A DNA stretch of 63,732 nt, counting the filler, from Octopus bimaculoides (lineage: Eukaryota): the NCBI RefSeq assembly GCF_001194135.2. It is 8 parts of 8 records of this genome, joined end to end, with 100 filler letters (N's around TTAATTAATTAA, not from the genome) between each part and the next. Parts side by side here need not be neighbours in the genome. Positions count along the whole stretch, not along the records: positions 1 to 2,621 come from NC_069007.1; positions 2,722 to 6,986 come from NC_068981.1; positions 7,087 to 10,646 come from NC_068992.1; positions 10,747 to 39,563 come from NC_068998.1; 4 more parts are not named here. One strand, 5' to 3'. Position numbers and translations under genes: made by a program. Shown here in pieces: positions 1 through 13,925 of the stretch. How positions within the stretch are numbered: the stretch's first letter is position 1; each line of letters opens with the position of its first letter. A model generated the notes under the pieces. It did not search any database. It saw only the letters and a list, made by a program, of their open reading frames with translations, and was not told the origin of the DNA.

Positions 1-49
1 AACCATGTGATTGTAAAGCAAGCTTCTTACCTCAGAGCCACGCCTGCGC

Positions 50-136
<87 letters not shown>

Positions 137-1208
137 CACACACACACGCACACAGAGGTAGATTGATGGAGAGATAAATATAGATAAAGGTAGATTTTTA
201 GATAGATAGACAAAAGATAGACAAACAGATAGGCATATACACAGAAAGACATAGATATATAGATGGATAGATTGGTAGAGAGATGGATAGATAGGTGGAC
301 AGAAACAGTACGAAAGAAGACAAAGAAGAGAAAGGTATTTGATGTAGAAAATAGTAAACTAGCGTGTTGTAAGGGATTTAGTGCTCATAAAGTAATCCCT
401 TTATCATTTCCTCCCTTTTCAACACCTCATCATCGCTTTTCTGTCCCTCCTCTTCCTCCTCTTGCTGTTTCTCTTTCTGTCTCTCTCTCTCCCTCCCTTT
501 CTTTCTCTGTTTCTCTCTCTTTCTATCTCTATGTAACTTAGGCAGAGGGGGTTAGTGACCGGGTGGTGAGAGGGAGCTGGTCGACATATTTCTATTCGGA
601 TGACGTCAAACACAACCAGACAACCTTGGCGGCGTATATACACACAGACGAACAGACACAGCGGCACATTATTTGCACTGACACCTCCACCAACACATCC
701 ACCAACACCGCCGCTACCACCGCCGCCACCACCACCACCACCACCACCACCACCANNNNNNNNNNNNNNNNNNNNNNNNNNNNNNNNNNNNNNNNNNNNN
801 NNNNNNNNNNNNNNNNNNNNNNNNNNNNNNNNNNNNNNNNNNNNNNNNNNNNNNNNNNNNNNNNNNNNNNNNNNNNNNNNNNNNNNNNNNNNNNNNNNNN
901 NNNNNNNNNNNNNNNNNNNNNNNNNNNNNNNNNNNNNNNNNNNNNNNNNNNNNNNNNNNNNNNNNNNNNNNNNNNNNNNNNNNNNNNNNNNNNNNNNNNN
1001 NNNNNNNNNNNNNNNNNNNNNNNNNNNNNNNNNNNNNNNNNNNNNNNNNNNNNNNNNNNNNNNNNNNNNNNNNTTTCAACCCCTCAACCTCCCCCCTTCT
1101 CGTTTTCTTTTTACATTGTTACAATAGATCTCCCGCAAACATACCAAGGGGTTAACGGCTGTACTATGTTAGTGCTAAGGTAGTAATGGCAGTTGTAGTG
1201 GCGGCGGC

Positions 1209-1263
<55 letters not shown>

Positions 1264-2665
1264 ATGGTAATAGTGTTGTTGGTTGGTGTAGTAGTAGCAG
1301 TAGCAACGTCAGCAGCAGCAGTAGCTGTAGTATATGTGTGGTGCGGTTTTTCTGTGATGTGGCACTGAGATAGTGTGCTGCACGCGCGGGGAAGACTACA
1401 TCAACCAACGTATCCTTTTCTAAGACGGTTGTTTGTGAGCGAAATAAAAATGTAAATAAATTACATGAGAACAACAAATTATATAATGAACTTCATTAGG
1501 TGATAGCTGTTTCAGTTACAAAATTCAATGAACTCAAATCTTCGTCGGAACTTGATAAATGAGGGTTTTCATTTTTCAATTCCGACAAAGCTCGCGACTA
1601 TGTGTGCATTGTATCTTATAGCAGAAACAGCTAGATTTCGTCTATTTATTTCGACTGTCCACCTGTTATTATTTATTTATATGTTGTGATTGTGTGTTAT
1701 TATTTGGTTAGAGAATATTATAAAAGTGATAGGATTTTCTCTGTTTATTTATTTCGACTGTCCACCTGTGACGGTGATTAAATTGACTAGGATCATTGTA
1801 CGCGATGAATATCTAATACCAAACAATCTTAATATCCATATTTAAACTGCATTAAACTTTGGCAAGCTTACCTTTACCTATTCTGAGTTACTTGAAAGGT
1901 GATGTTCCCTTCCCTCTCTTCTGTTTGTTGATACCTTTGTTTACCTGTCAATGCATTGTTTCATTTTAAGGAGGCTTATTTACCCATCCATTATGATATT
2001 TCGAACGCGACATCTTTTCACTGCGAACTGTTAAAGATTCAAAGCAGTATTCGTGAACTGAAGTCAAACTCTTTGTGTTTTCATTTTTCGTTACCTGATG
2101 TCAATTTCAGAGTGGCTGTACACTGTAAGCACTTAGCAGATACATTCCTTTAACTCTACTTTTTCAAGTAGGTATTATATTGCCATTGCTGAATCTACCA
2201 ATCATGCTTCATTCCGAAACAATAGCTCCTTTTGCTGTTGAATAAAATAAACTCGCAGAGGGGAAGTTTCAACGTCTTCCTTCAATTTCCTTGCACCATT
2301 TATGTGGCTGTTTCTTAACAAGAAATTTCACTTTCATGTAAAACAACTATATTTTGTTGTCATTATCCGTAATCTACTCTCAAAACACTTCAGTAACTCT
2401 ACTTTGCATCGCTTGCAAACTTATGTTTTATGATCATTAAAGTGCAACGACCTCCACAATAACCAGCCTTCAGTTTGGTTTTCTGTTCCTAGGTTAATCG
2501 GAAACGTAGATTGCCGTGCTACTCACAAACCTTGGTAGTTCAAATATTTGGTGAAAAAATACCACCAAAGCAACTTAAACCGTCCAAAGGACGGGTGCGT
2601 TTACTATATATATATATATATNNNNNNNNNNNNNNNNNNNNNNNNNNNNNNNNNNNNNNNNNNNN

Positions 2666-2677
2666 TTAATTAATTAA
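2666..2677. other. Artificial scaffold linker TTAATTAATTAA within N-runs
   Basis: Same 12-mer inside N-runs at 2666, 7031, 10691, 39608, 54075, 55733 and 61605; it gives stop codons in all six frames. Confidence 0.95.
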
Positions 2678-3836
2678 NNNNNNNNNNNNNNNNNNNNNNN
2701 NNNNNNNNNNNNNNNNNNNNNATATATATATATATATATAATATATACACATATACATATATACATACATACATACATACATACATACATACATACATAC
2801 ATACTTTTGTATTTTATGTTTTGCTTGTTTCAATCATTGAGTTACGACCGTGTTAGGAGCCGACCTTATAGGGTTTTAGTCGGACAATTCGAGCCAAAAT
2901 TTTTTTTTTTTTTTAAGGACTGACACTCATTCTAGCGAACTCTTCTTTCGAACCGGTAAGTTACGGGGACGTGAGCAACCCAACACCTTTCTTCGAGCAG
3001 TGTGGTGTGGATAAACACAGACACAAAGACACTCATACGCACACATACATACACTCACACACATATACATACATACATGCATGCATACATACATACATAC
3101 ATACACACGCACACACGCACGCACGCACATACATACATACATACATACATACATACATACAAATTCAGCTCAATTTATCGCTATAGAATTCATTCACAAA
3201 GCACTAGTCGGCTCGGAGCTATAACAGAAAATGCCTATGAAGCCGCGCATTGGGACAGAACCCGAAAGCCCGTGGTCCAAAGAGAGCCTCTTAACAATAT
3301 GTATTTTCTGCTTAAAATCTTTTTCTATATGGCTGTTATTTTTCTGAAAAAACGTTCGTTACTACGTATGTATATGTTTTAAAGTGACCGACAGTCCTGC
3401 GATTCTACTGTCTCAGCATTTTTCTTCAGTTTATTAAATCTTTCAAACATTTACTTCCTTCATATTAACTATTTCATAGTTTTTGCACGATATTTTCTAA
3501 TCTCGAAAATGCAAAAATACAATAAATTTTTTAAAATGTAGATTAAAAAAAAATTCCATTTTAAAGGTTAGTGTAACCAACTTCAATTTGGAAGAAGTGA
3601 TGCGAAACTATAACGTTAAGTAGATGGTAAAGCGAAACAGAAACGGTGAAATAGTGACGCTGTAGAGAATATAATCTCGTCCAAAACTGCGTAGACGTGC
3701 AACCGTGCAGGTCCCGTTCTGTGTAAAGCGAGCGACAACCGTTATACGTACGTGCATACATACATACATACATACATAATACATACATACACACACATAC
3801 ATATATACATGCATACATACTTACATACATACGTAT

Positions 3837-4240
3837 ATGCATGGATATGTTAGTTGTAACATTGATCATCAAAGCAGTCTATCGTGGGACGAAAGTCGGA
3901 TTACTACCTCCCACTTTGAAAGATATGCGTTTGCAATCCAGGAACAGGAAATATCAACCAAACACCTGATGCACAAAAGGGTTAGAGATGCAGAAAAAAC
4001 AGTAAAATGTGACAACCGATGCAGACTTTGTGGAGTTAACACCGAAGATATCACCCACATCATAAATAGTTGTTCGAAAATGTCATCACGGTATTCTCTA
4101 CCAATGTTGTAGCCAGGACACTCTATAATGAAATCCGTCGGAAGGATAACCACAAGGACAAAGAAATAAGAACTCTCAGTATGGTGGAAGCCATAGCCAC
4201 TCATAATAAAAAAGAATACTGCTGGGATGTCCAATCCATC
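3837..4240 (+). mobile_element. Dong/R4-type non-LTR retrotransposon fragment (zinc-knuckle region)
   Basis: AFAIQEQEISTK...CRLCGVNTEDITHIINSC (CCHC); frameshifted; flanked by (CATA)n on both sides. Confidence 0.75.
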
Positions 4241-5838
4241 ACTGGAACTGTAAAACTTTTCAGAAGTTTATCATTTAAATATATATGAGCATGTATAGAT
4301 ATGTAACTATATGCATGAGAATACATACAAATCTGTACATATACATACATACATACATACATACATACATACATAAATACATACATACATGCATGCATGC
4401 ATACATAATACATACATACATAAATGTTGGCAGGGGCAACTACAAAGGAAACGTGCTAAATTTCTATAAACAAACAAAATAGTATTTATATATTTCACGT
4501 AAGCATTATATATATATATACATATATATATATATNNNNNNNNNNNNNNNNNNNNNNNNNNNNNNNNNNNNNNNNNNNNNNNNNNNNNNNNNNNNNNNNN
4601 NNNNNNNNNNNNNNNNNNNNNNNNNNNNNNNNNNNNNNNNNNNNNNNNNNNNNNNNNNNNNNNNNNNNNNNNNNNNNNNNNNNNNNNNNNNNNNNNNNNN
4701 NNNNNNNNNNNNNNNNNNNNNNNNNNNNNNNNNNNNNNNNNNNNNNNNNNNNNNNNNNNNNNNNNNNNNNNNNNNNNNNNNNNNNNNNNNNNNNNNNNNN
4801 NNNNNNNNNNNNNNNNNNNNNNNNNNNNNNNNNNNNNNNNNNNNNNNNNNNNNNNNNNNNNNNNNNNNNNNNNNNNNNNNNNNNNNNNNNNNNNNNNNNN
4901 NNNNNNNNNNNNNNNNNNNNNNNNNNNNNNNNNNNNNNNNNNNNNNNNNNNNNNNNNNNNNNNNNNNNTACATACATACATACATACAAACAAACATACA
5001 TACATGCATACATACATAATTACATTTTTACGATTGGTATAATGACTAAAGGATGTGTATCGCATATTCTACACATAAGATAATCGTGTTAATCAATAAT
5101 TAATGTTAATGTTGTATTTTAGATACAAAACACCCACGTGTATTTGTTTATGTGTGTCAGTGTGCGAATGTGTGTGTGTGTGTGTGTATGTGTGTGTGTG
5201 TGTGTCTCTGTGTGTGTGTGTGCGCACGTGTGTGTGTGTGTGTGTTTATCATTTTAACTCTGTGTATAATGAGAAAATAATATACATATATATATGCTGC
5301 AATTTTCATATGAATTCTATAGCAGATCACTACTCCTTGTATAAAAATATAAAATTTTGAAGTGGAAGTTCTTTGTATTGCACGTGTAAGTCCATAAGCA
5401 GACGCTTGACCGTTAGAAATATCAGCCAAACCTCCCTGAAATTGCACCTACTCTCTTAAAATTATTGTTAAATTATCTAGTTCTAGATATTCAAAAAAAA
5501 AAAAAAAAAAAAGAGATGGTCATTTCTGGAATGCTTCGATCAAAACTAGTTTGGCGCTAAACACCAGTAACACAGTTTGTTTCATGAAAAGTAGTTTGTG
5601 ATTACATACACATGTGCGTATATATGTGTGATGTATGTATATTATTATATTTATTTTTGTGTGTTTATGTGTATGCGTATGGTGCTGTTATTGTTGTTTA
5701 GAACATGAATAAACGTTTGCAAGGTAATTGGATTATATTATATTTTTAATGTAAACACACACTTTGGTGCATGCACGTACGAATGCATACGGCATCTACC
5801 ATATATAATATATATATTATATATAAAAAATATGTGTG

Positions 5839-5877
<39 letters not shown>

Positions 5878-6036
5878 CCTCTCCCCAACATCGCTTCACA
5901 ACTGATGCTGGTGTGTTTACGTCACCGTAACTTAGCGGTTCGGCAAAAGTGACCGATAGAATAAGTACTAGGGGTCGATTTGCTCGACTAAAGGTAGCCG
6001 CAGTCAAATGACTGAAACAAGTAAAAGAGTAAAAGA

Positions 6037-6072
<36 letters not shown>

Positions 6073-6416
6073 NNNNNNNNNNNNNNNNNNNNNNNNNNNN
6101 NNNNNNNNNNNNNNNNNNNNNNNNNNNNNNNNNNNNNNNNNNNNNNNNNNNNNNNNNNNNNNNNNNNNNNNNNNNNNNNNNNNNNNNNNNNNNNNNNNNN
6201 NNNNNNNNNNNNNNNNNNNNNNNNNNNNNNNNNNNNNNNNNNNNNNNNNNNNNNNNNNNNNNNNNNNNNNNNNNNNNNNNNNNNNNNNNNNNNNNNNNNN
6301 NNNNNNNNNNNNNNNNNNNNNNNNNNNNNNNNNNNNNNNNNNNNNNNNNNNNNNNNNNNNNNNNNNNNNNNNNNNNNNNNNNNNNNNNNNNNNNNNNNNN
6401 NNNNNNNNNNNNNNNN

Positions 6417-6453
<37 letters not shown>

Positions 6454-6955
6454 TCTGCGTGCGTGTCTGCATGTCAGCTGTTTCTGTTGTTTAACCCCAG
6501 GTAGCCTTTCTCAAGGGTATTCCAGAAGGGTGGAGGGAGAGAAAGTGACAATGAATTTGGTGTATGTATAAAGTTTCAACATCATTGACTATCTCCAACA
6601 ATCAACAAGTGTAGACTGCAGAGCGTAAACTTACTCATAAACTAAGCCACACTAAGTTTATGTGTAGTGTACATAAGATTTAAACACGAAATAATGCGCT
6701 TGCACGCATACATATTTGCCTGCACGCTTGCATACATTGGGACACATGTATACATATGTACATGCAAGCAGACGTATGTGCATATAAATATCTGCCAGAT
6801 ATGCATGCATATAGTCATATACACAAACATACATAAACTTGTATGTACATATATATATATAAATACATACACATGTATACGTGTGTGTATGTATGTATGT
6901 ATATATGTATGTATGTATGCATGTATCTATCTATCTATCTATCTATCTTTATATA

Positions 6956-6986
<31 letters not shown>

Positions 6987-8687
6987 NNNNNNNNNNNNNN
7001 NNNNNNNNNNNNNNNNNNNNNNNNNNNNNNTTAATTAATTAANNNNNNNNNNNNNNNNNNNNNNNNNNNNNNNNNNNNNNNNNNNNTACATACATATATA
7101 CATACATATATACATAATATGCATACATATTCGTGTATATACTTCTGAGTGTTTCTAAATATATAATGATAAAAAAGCATTTAATATACAGATACGTATG
7201 TATATATGCATATTTATTTTTCTCTCCGTACTTGCGTATACATATAAATGATATACTTGAAGGATTCCAGTTAGGAAAGCGTTTCAGTTAGCATTTTGTT
7301 ATATTGACGGTCCATATTTTGGGGAATATGTATATGTATCATGTACGACTTGTTGCAGGTATGTGTAGCACAATTTAGAGAGGGTTATCACGATAGTCAA
7401 TGTGTTATCAAGATAATCAAAACTTCTGAATCATATATATAAATCAGACGAAATACGCCATCCTTTCTCTAACAGCAATATCGTGCAGGTGGAAAAAAGG
7501 TACGATGCTTATTGTAATTTGAGACAATTTATTAACAAGTGTATTAGACATCCAAAAAATCAACGAGCTGGCAGAATCATTTGAATATCGGCCGAAATGC
7601 TCAGCGGTATTTCGTCTGTCTCTACGTTCCGGGTTCAAATTCCGTCGAGGTCGACTTTACCTTTCATCATTTCAGGGTCAATAAATTGAGTACCAGTTAC
7701 GTACTGGGATCGATCTAATCGACTGGCCCTCTTCCTGAAAATTTCGGATTTTTGTGCCGAGAGTAGAAAAGAATATATTAGACATCTATAAGGCCACGAA
7801 CTCGCAAAATCGTTAGCATATCTGACAAAATGCTTAGCTGCGCTTCGTCCGTCTTTACGCTCAAATTGTGCCGAGGTCGACTTTGCCTTTCATCCTTCCG
7901 GGGTCAATAAAATAAGTACCAACCAGTAGAGACTGGGGTCGACGTTACCCTCTTACTCACTCACCCGAAATTGCTGGTCTTGTACCAAAATTTAAAGCCA
8001 GGTGTATCATACACGTATATATGTGTATTGTTGAATGCATGTATATGTGTGTGCATATATTTATATATATATATATNNNNNNNNNNNNNNNNNNNNNNNN
8101 NNNNNNNNNNNNNNNNNNNNNNNNNNNNNNNNNNNNNNNNNNNNNNNNNNNNNNNNNNNNNNNNNNNNNNNNNNNNNNNNNNNNNNNNNNNNNNNNNNNN
8201 NNNNNNNNNNNNNNNNNNNNNNNNNNNNNNNNNNNNNNNNNNNNNNNNNNNNNNNNNNNNNNNNNNNNNNNNNNNNNNNNNNNNNNNNNNNNNNNNNNNN
8301 NNNNNNNNNNNNNNNNNNNNNNNNNNNNNNNNNNNNNNNNNNNNNNNNNNNNNNNNNNNNNNNNNNNNNNNNNNNNNNNNNNNNNNNNNNNNNNNNNNNN
8401 NNNNNNNNNNNNNNNNNNNNNNNNNNNNNNNNNNNNNNNNNNNNNNNNNNNNNNNNNNNNNNNNNNNNNNNNNNNNNNNNNNNNNNNNNNNNNNNNNNNN
8501 NNNNNNNNNNNNNNNNNNNNNNNNNNNNNNNNNNNNNNNNNNNNNNNNNNNNNNNNNNNNNNNNNNNNNNNNNNNNNNNNNNNNNNNNNNNNNNNNNNNN
8601 NNNNNNNNNNNNNNNNNNNNNNNNNNNNNNNNNNNNNNNNNNNNNNNNNNNNNNNNNNNNNNNNNNNNNNNNNNNNNNNNNNNNNNN

Positions 8688-9288
8688 GAAACCGCTTACA
8701 AGGCCGCTGCTATGAGCAAAACACAAGTTTGCGAATGGTTACTTGATGCTTGAGGACCAAACTCGTTCAGGGCGACCGTCGACCACCCGAACGAATGAAA
8801 ATGTGATATGTTATGAATTAATGTTGGAGGGCTCTCACCGAACAATTTACGAACTTGTTGCTATGACCGGCGTATGCTGAAGCTTCTGCCAACGACTTAT
8901 GAGCGAGGAATTGCGAATGAAAAGAGTTACAGCAAAATTTGTACTTTGCTTGCTCACGGAAGATCAAAAACAGTCACGACTGAATGCGTGTTGTGAACTG
9001 AAAGAACAGTTGGAAGTTAATCTGGACCTTTCTTGGAAGGTCATTACTGGTGACGAAAGTTACTGCTACGGAAATTGCAGATGTGGAAAAGGTGAAAAAA
9101 ATCGAGGGAGGCGTTAAAGGGCATCCCTTTTCAAGAGTTCGAGCGTTGCTTCGAACAATGGAAAACGTGTCTGGACCAATGCACTGCTTCAAATGGAGAA
9201 TACTTTGAAGGCAATCAAAGTGTAAACATGTAAACCTAAGTGAAAAAGATATTGCAAAATTCGTGTTTCTTTTGAGTACCTCCTCGTA
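8688..9288 (+). mobile_element. Mariner transposase remnant with right TIR
   Basis: MKRVTAKFVLCLLTEDQKQSRL...KVITGDESYCYG (first Asp of the DD34D triad). Ends ...GAGTACCTCCTCGTA. Confidence 0.85.
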
Positions 9289-10190
9289 CACATACACGCA
9301 CGCACACATCACACACACACACATACACACACACACGCACACACATACACACACACACATATATATCGAGAAAAACGGAGAAAGTCAGAATTTGGGATAA
9401 TACTTTTTTATATAATTGTTTATTATTAGCGCTTTCATTTATATCGTTATAAATTTTATTATAATTCTTGAAGAAATTATGCATAATTCTGACTGCCTTC
9501 TTTTTGTCTCGTTTTACAATATCTGTACACATTTCAATTATATATATAAATATATATANNNNNNNNNNNNNNNNNNNNNNNNNNNNNNNNNNNNNNNNNN
9601 NNNNNNNNNNNNNNNNNNNNNNNNNNNNNNNNNNNNNNNNNNNNNNNNNNNNNNNNNNNNNNNNNNNNNNNNNNNNNNNNNNNNNNNNNNNNNNNNNNNN
9701 NNNNNNNNNNNNNNNNNNNNNNNNNNNNNNNNNNNNNNNNNNNNNNNNNNNNNNNNNNNNNNNNNNNNNNNNNNNNNNNNNNNNNNNNNNNNNNNNNNNN
9801 NNNNNNNNNNNNNNNNNNNNNNNNNNNNNNNNNNNNNNNNNNNNNNNNNNNNNNNNNNNNNNNNNNNNNNNNNNNNNNNNNNNNNNNNNNNNNNNNNNNN
9901 NNNNNNNNNNNNNNNNNNNNNNNNNNNNNNNNNNNNNNNNNNNNNNNNNNNNNNNNNNNNNNNNNNNNNNNNNNNNNNNNNNNNNNNNNNNNNNNNNNNN
10001 NNNNNNNNNNNNNNNNNNNNNNNNNNNNNNNNNNNNNNNNNNNNNNNNNNNNNNNNNNNNNNNNNNNNNNNNNNNNNNNNNNNNNNNNNNNNNNNNNNTA
10101 TATATATATATATATATATATATATGCATGCACGAAAAACTGAAAAAGGGGTCAAACCCCAGGATGTTATTAAAACATTTATATCTTCAC

Positions 10191-10280
10191 ATCTTCTCCA
10201 TATGTTTCGATGAATGCATTCAGAATTCGTCCGAGAGGAAGAATTATGGTCAGCTATACATCAATCTCATCAGGAAAGAT
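10191..10280 (-). ncRNA. Degenerate hammerhead-like relic (U16.1>G)
   Basis: Minus strand ATCTTTC-CTGATGA-GATTGATGTAT...ATGCATTCATC-GAAACATATGGA-GAAGAT. Helix II pairs at 10 of 11 positions. Confidence 0.5.
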
Positions 10281-10595
10281 ATAAACAATAACACACATCA
10301 AATAGACATTTTACAGATATAGGAGACCCTAGAAAGTGTGACGTATTTATATGCACGCACATGTGCACACACGCATACATAAACATATATATATGAATAT
10401 GTATGCGCAGGAGTAGCTGTGTGGTAGGTAGCTTGCTTACCAACCACATGGTTCTGGGTTCAGTCCCACTGCGTGGCACGTTGGGCAAGTGTCTTCTACT
10501 ATAGCCTCGGGCCGACCAAACCTTGTGAGTGGATTTGGTAGACGAAAACTGAAGGGAGCCCGTCGTATATATGTATATATAAATATATATATATG

Positions 10596-10646
<51 letters not shown>

Positions 10647-12015
10647 NNNNNNNNNNNNNNNNNNNNNNNNNNNNNNNNNNNNNNNNNNNNTTAATTAATT
10701 AANNNNNNNNNNNNNNNNNNNNNNNNNNNNNNNNNNNNNNNNNNNNAATACCGTGTTCTCAAACCTCTTGTCGTGTCGATCATTCGAAAAGTAATAAGAA
10801 TTTGGACATAAACTAAATAAAAATTATAATTATGACAGCACAATGACAAAACACACGTCACTATTCAAGTCACATTTTGAACTTCAAACAAAAAAAATCG
10901 ATGAGTTTGGAATTCCTCGCTTAAGATGTCAGATGGAATGAAATCCAAATTTCTTTATTGTCTCCGAACACTAAAAACAGTGTTTTTGACAGAGTGATAA
11001 TCACTGTACCCACAGAAACTAAAATGCAAAGAGACATACTGCTCACTAGTCCAGAAGAAGCTGCTGTCGTTCTCAATGTTGGTATAAGTTTTCGGTGTCT
11101 TAATATACAGTGTATTATTTGTCTTCTATGCTTTTCTTAAGAAAGATAAAAATCTTAAGAAATTTCACAAACATAATTACGTTCCATGTGTTTTAGGCAG
11201 AGTTTACTCTCAATTCCAATGATATATTTTTTTGTTAGATAAAAACAAATTTGATGTTTATAATATAGTATTTTTTGTCCGTACTTCATAATTGCCGACT
11301 TATGGGTCGTATAGTATTTTATAGTTGAATACTTTCTCATAGCTACATATATTATGTCAAAACGTCTTACGATTTACCCAGGGAAGGTTTTCTTAGAGTT
11401 GCCTTTGTAAGTCATTTGAGACTTCTTATCTGTCTGTATAGAATTTTTGTCCATTAAGGATTGAAGCCGAGTCTAACGGAAGGTGGGGAACATTTTGTGA
11501 ATTGGACATATTTGTTTTAGTCATTTGATTGCGGCCATGCTGAAGCACCGCCTTTAGTCGAAAAATTCGATCCCAGAAATTATTCTTTGTAATCTTAATA
11601 CTTATTCTATCGGCCTCTTTTGCTGAACCGCTAAGTGACGGGGACGTGAACACACCAGCATCGGTTGTCAAGTGATGGTGGGGAAACAAACACAGACATA
11701 CACATACATACATACATACATACATGCATACATACATATAAAAATATACACTCACGCACACACAAAAATATCTAGACAACATCCCAGGAGAACCATGTCT
11801 CAGAGAAAGTTAAAAAGATTGTGCTGACAAATACTGTCCTTAGAAAACCCTATCAATTTAAACGTCTGTGTTACATGAAAATATTTCGCTACTGCCTCTG
11901 CCACTTCCCCTCCCCAAGATTTCAATCATATTGTAACATCTTTTATCCTTCACTCGCCCTAGGACACTGGGTGTGTCTCGGCAAGTGTTTGTAACAAACA
12001 TGCAAATTAAAAGTA

Positions 12016-12870
12016 CAGTGTACCCCCGTTTATTCACGGTTCGGCATTCGCGATCCCGGCTATTTGCGGAACTGATAATTGTTCGCTAAAACCACCGCAT
12101 ATTCGCGGAATCGTAAATATTGTCCACGATTTTTTATGGCAATATATACTTCTCCACACTTTTTAAGGCTAAACTATTAATAATAATATACTGTATTTGC
12201 CGGTTTACTGGATGCCCCTTCGCAGCTGAAGGTCCCTCTGATTAGAATAGTCGCATGATGTTTTTTTTTTAGATACAAGCACACTGCATCTTGTATCTCT
12301 TATTCCGGCTTGCAATCAAGGCTTACTAATTAGTATAGCGACTACTAGCGCTTTTTTTAAAGACCATCGCGACATTTGATCATGCACAATGTTTATTTCA
12401 ATTTTTAAGGTCTGGATAATTAAGGATAATTTTTAAGGTCGTGAGACAATATAGCCTCATTGAGGCTATATTGCTGGTCCCCCCTCTCTCCCCTCTCCCT
12501 TATCATTATAGTATAGATTACAGTATCTAGTGGTAATACAAACTAAATTTTTCTAAACCATGATTATTTTTAATCTCTGGTCAATTTCCCATTGGTGGTA
12601 TGCGCATAATAGACGCAATGAAGATTTTTTTTGTAGTTTTTTTTTTTTTTGTTTTGGAAAAACTGCGTCCAGTTGCTATCTCCAGTATTTTGTTGAGTGC
12701 TGTGTTTTTTTGCAGCGTATTATTAAAGCTTCATGACGCCGCTCAAATGCTCTACACCTTCTAAGACTTCTGGCAGTGAACCTAAGTGCCAGAAAAAGGT
12801 TATGACGCTCCACGAGAAGACACAACTGCTGGATATCTTCCGGGAAGGTAAAAGTCATGCTGCAGTAGGG
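12016..12870 (+). mobile_element. Tigger/pogo-like transposon 5' part
   Basis: TA|CAGTGTACCCCCG TIR-like start; KKVMTLHEKTQLLDIFREGKSHAAVG resembles the psq-type HTH of Tigger transposases. Confidence 0.7.
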
Positions 12871-13819
12871 TCACTATTATGCAGTAGGTTACTAGTAAGT
12901 TTCTGTGAAAGTGCCAAAAAGATAATGATAGGTCACATACGTCTGTACTGTCAGAAACACCCATTGTCACCTCGAAGGAGACCTCTGGATTATATATATA
13001 TATATATATATANNNNNNNNNNNNNNNNNNNNNNNNNNNNNNNNNNNNNNNNNNNNNNNNNNNNNNNNNNNNNNNNNNNNNNNNNNNNNNNNNNNNNNNN
13101 NNNNNNNNNNNNNNNNNNNNNNNNNNNNNNNNNNNNNNNNNNNNNNNNNNNNNNNNNNNNNNNNNNNNNNNNNNNNNNNNNNNNNNNNNNNNNNNNNNNN
13201 NNNNNNNNNNNNNNNNNNNNNNNNNNNNNNNNNNNNNNNNNNNNNNNNNNNNNNNNNNNNNNNNNNNNNNNNNNNNNNNNNNNNNNNNNNNNNNNNNNNN
13301 NNNNNNNNNNNNNNNNNNNNNNNNNNNNNNNNNNNNNNNNNNNNNNNNNNNNNNNNNNNNNNNNNNNNNNNNNNNNNNNNNNNNNNNNNNNNNNNNNNNN
13401 NNNNNNNNNNNNNNNNNNNNNNNNNNNNNNNNNNNNNNTGAATTACAGGCACAAACAGAAACAGGAATTAAGAGTGAGAGAAAGTTGTGGTGGAAGAGTA
13501 CAGCAGGGTTCGCCATCATCCCCTGCCGGAGCCTCGTGGAGCTTTAGGTGTTTTCGCTCAATAAACACTCACAACGCCTGTTCTGGGAATCGAAACCGCG
13601 ATCCTATGACCGCGAGTCCGCTGCCCTAACCACTGGGCCGTTGCGCCTCCACTAGGCGTATATATATATATATATACACCTATATACATATACAGGTGTA
13701 TATGTATATAAACCTATATTCATTAATAACAATGACGAGCAACTAATTTGTTTCATTGATAAACATATTTCTTGCTTTGTACAAGCTATTTTACCTTAAT
13801 CTTTCTGAGTAACACTTAT

Positions 13820-13843
13820 AAACCAATCTTTTCTATTTTTCAG
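13820..13843 (+). promoter_or_regulatory. 3' splice acceptor of a 5'-UTR intron of GPCR copy 1
   Basis: aatcttttctatttttcag| 82 nt upstream of the ATG; homologous acceptors precede copies 2, 3 and 4. Confidence 0.65.
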
Positions 13844-13925
13844 AAAATATAATAGACGTTTATGTCAACTAAAAGACTGTATTGGAAGTTTCAGAAGATA
13901 TTTGAAGAAGCTGGAGCAAAAAGAG

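Noticed and set aside
13902-13925. N-terminal extensions of GPCR copies 1 and 2 in the ORF track (also 23259-23306)
   Set aside because: They start at TTG codons; alignment with copies 3 and 4 supports the downstream ATGs.
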